A stretch of DNA of 64,000 nucleotides from Antedon mediterranea (taxonomy: Eukaryota; Animalia; Echinodermata), in NCBI RefSeq assembly GCF_964355755.1, contig NC_092680.1:6820001-6884000 (forward strand), read 5' to 3'. The notes below the pieces were generated by a model, which saw nothing but the letters and a program-made list of their open reading frames with translations, was not told the DNA's origin and did no database searches. A program made the position numbers and the translations under genes. Below are positions 60,841-64,000 of the stretch, one piece after another (the stretch's first letter is position 1; each line of letters starts with the position of its first letter).

Positions 60841-62306
60841 AATCAAATATGAACTAATTGTAGATGTGGACCTCGTCCACTAATAAATTACCGCAATACT
60901 ATTGTTTTTTTAAAAATGGTGAATTAATATCGCTTCAAAATACTAGCAATATACAAACAATAAGTATACATAGGGAATGGTAATATAATTTCTTCTTACT
61001 GTAATGATATCAACGTTTCAAAATAGGTTGAATAATGACGATGACATTAGCGTTATCTGCACGCGTTTAGGTCAAGCTCACTAATACCCATAATTACATA
61101 CTCCTAATGTGCACATCAAACATAATAATTACGAGAGGGATTTGTTACGTTTGTGACCGTCAAATTATGTTAAAGAACTTGATCACCACTTGAATTAAAT
61201 TGAAATAGGGTTATGTCATTTCTCCAAAGTATGACGCTACACTTAGTTTGACCTATCATTTGAAATGGAAAATAATACACACTATGTTTTCAATTACTGG
61301 TTTCCCATTGGGCGTTTCTATTTATTTCCAGCAGCTTTGTGCACCTGTACAGGATTAGAGGAGCTGCGTTTCAGGCTGGGCATAACCAAATTGAATCCAG
61401 TAATCTCACCCGTTTCTCACTACGAATGAGGCTACCGTGTAGCACTAGCCTAATTTTGTATACAAATTAATATTTATATTCAATCCAACCTAGATAAAAT
61501 GGTTGTCTCAGTACAACATAGATATTTTTTATTCTATTATAAGATTCTGTATAATCTTTCCATGAGGTTGAGAAATTTCTCGATTGCACGACGCTGCACC
61601 TTATTATTATTTATGACATCAAATTGAAACACATCTGCGCATGTCCATATTACTAACTGACGTGTCTCGATACTACTTTTGACCAATGAGATCACTCACC
61701 CATTGAAACCACCAAGTTGTATGAACTAAGCGCTTTAATCGCAAATGAAAAAAAAAAACACTTAATCAGATATCCACCAAATATAGCTATACAAATCTCG
61801 CATTATATATGTTGATATGTCTCCTTAATTGTGGTTGGACGTAGTGTTTAAACATATATTTTCTCCAATTCGTTTCAATAGAAGAATTCGATTGCTCTCT
61901 GAATAGGGGTGTCCAAAAGGAGGAGGTATACTGTAGTTTACAAATAGTAGGCACTAAATATCTGTAATATAATTATGTTCAATACGTTCTTCCTTCTAGT
62001 CAACTATAATATTATACAAAACGAAATCACATTTTCGTACACTCAGTGCCTACAGTAAATGCACGAGAATTGATGTGATTGAGTTTGTTTCGTATAATAG
62101 TTAACTGGAAGGAAGAACCCATTTGACATTATTTTAGATAGCTAGTCCCCAAGGGGCACCAATAATTTAATAACTTTTGAGGACGAAACAAATTATTCGC
62201 AACAAGGAAATACAAATTTCAAACAGCGAGTGGAATTCAAACGAAAACCGATTTAATCTCAATTTATAGTTGGCATTTTGCCTATTGATCAATTCGTATA
62301 AATGCT

Positions 62307-62367
62307 AAATGCGGGGAAATATAATGCGGGGAAATATAATGCGAGGAAATATAATGCGGGGAAATAT
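62307..62367. repeat. 15-bp tandem repeat, 4 copies
   Basis: (AATGCGGGGAAATAT)n. Confidence 0.85.
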
Positions 62368-63182
62368 GACTGATCTCAGATACAGTCATAACAATTGTTT
62401 TATTGTCCAATTACTTAAAGTAAAATCCTCCTTAAAGTCCACTATAGTAACACACAAAAAGCCCATTAATTTATAAAAACTAAAGATATATATTGTACCT
62501 GAATAAAACTTATTTGTTGAAATGCTATTTTAATGTCAAATAAATGTACATACCCATCCCCCATACCATTGTTCTGGGAGAACATTTTACTGAAGAAGTT
62601 ATCCAGTATAAAGAATAAATAAATTGTTATACCCACAGCGGCAATCAATTCCAAAACAAATTAACTGCGAAACAAACAAACATGGCGTATTAATCCACCT
62701 AAAGTGTTTTTTTTTTCTTTTATTATTAAAACTATAGGCGTATTCATTCCATAATATTCATAACTTAACATATACAGTACATCTCTTTGTTAAGTTCTTA
62801 ACACATTCACTTAGCGTATACATTTCTTAGCGTATTCATTTTCTTAAACATATTCATTTCTTAACATAATCATTTCTTAACACAATTCATATTTTTGTAT
62901 ACATTTCTTAACACAATTCATATTAAAGAGTTTCTGTATAATATTTAGTTGATAATTTAATAACGCTATGCCCACCAAGACTGTAGTGTATATGAAGGTT
63001 GAAGTGGACAGAAACAGTCGGAATATGATTTGATTCATTTTAAAACTACGCTGGTGTTCTTACCGTGTCTTAACTCTATCTAAATCATAGAAACATCACG
63101 TTATCCGCCGAGTGACCAGTTCATGTTTTTATAATAATTTAATATCTTAGATTGTTAACGCCTACTGTTGTTAAATCTCTAA

Positions 63183-63295
63183 AGTTCTGTCTACACTATC
63201 AAACTACAGGTTGGCAAAAAAAGTGAGATGTTTTCAAATATATGGTAGTGACACAATGATCACTATCAAACTAGTTTGATAGTGTAGAAAGAGCT
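63183..63295. mobile_element. MITE family A copy
   Basis: AGTTCTGTCTACACTATCAAACTA ... TAGTTTGATAGTGTAGAAAGAGCT. Confidence 0.8.
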
Positions 63296-63479
63296 TATAA
63301 GAAAGCTTTGAAAACGTTTTGTCGACAGACTTACATTCTTAATGTGGTCTAGAGAATTTCGAAGCGATGAAGACCGTCTTTATTCTAGCATGCACGAAAC
63401 GATTTTGTAAATTGGAACGAAGATGATCTAAACTCATGTTCGAGTCTTTCACAATTCACCTAGCGAACAGTAATACTTA

Positions 63480-63658
63480 AGCGTGGTTCCCACTAGCGAC
63501 GCAACACAAGGACGTAACGCAACGCAAGTGAATTGACCAATCACAAGCGATGTCTTATTCGCTTGTGATTGCTAACTGTCTATAACTTCGCTTGTCATTG
63601 GTTAAAACGCTTGCGTTGCGTTTACGTCCTTGCGTTACGTTCTAGTGGGAACCAAGCT
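63480..63658. mobile_element. Palindromic MITE family B, full length, TTA TSD
   Basis: TTA|AGCGTGGTTCCCACTAG ... CTAGTGGGAACCAAGCT|TTA, the reverse complement of 6852-7020. Confidence 0.88.
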
Positions 63659-64000
63659 TTAAATAAATAAAATCTCGGACGTGACGCTTTAACAAAATAC
63701 AAAATTGTATACGTATCGTACTTTTTAATTATTCAATATTTTGTGAAAAGTTATACGATGTAAAGTCACGAAACAGCCAGTATGCGCATGCGTCAATTTC
63801 GAATAGAGGCTTGATGACGTAAATTAAAGATTGTGGGGTTGTTTAGCATTTGATATATTACCGGTCTGTACTATTATAAAACAAGTATTAACAAGAAATT
63901 CAATAGTAAATTATCTTTTGGATGACATAAATAACCAATAAATATCTTTACATCTTCATTAGACAACATTAAAATGATTACATTTGTGATGTTGTTTTGG

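Noticed and set aside
54979-62654. Short ORFs of 60-90 aa in the right-hand gene-free region
   Set aside because: They have AT-rich codon composition, no domain motifs and no consistent splice structure, as expected of chance ORFs.

Overview
AT-rich, intron-containing animal genomic DNA. It is most likely an invertebrate deuterostome such as an echinoderm, which is inferred only from gene and repeat content. I assembled six protein-coding loci by hand from splice signals and reading frames: a secreted IGFBP-domain (CRIM1-like) first exon running off the left edge (-), FAM227B (+, 13 coding exons), a K+-dependent Na+/Ca2+ exchanger of the SLC24A5/NCKX5 type (-, 9 exons), UBE2Q (+, 10 exons), a DEG/ENaC channel subunit (+, 11 exons) and a single-coding-exon GPR150-like GPCR of the vasopressin/GnRH receptor group (-). 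Non-coding DNA holds three SINE types, several MITE families, minisatellites and a large foldback element. The main observations are: (1) FAM227B contains three non-canonical introns, namely a U12 GT-AG, a GC-AG and a U12 intron whose best reading is AT-AA; (2) a full-length chimeric SINE with a 5S rRNA head, tRNA remnant, CORE domain and LINE-like tail, flanked by a 7-bp TSD; (3) a Deu/Nin-domain SINE present with two different 3' tails; (4) a three-armed foldback element upstream of the GPCR; (5) a minimal hammerhead ribozyme motif; (6) strong enrichment of TAGGCCTA and TACWGTA, possibly transposon excision footprints. All coordinates and counts were read by eye and no database searches were run.
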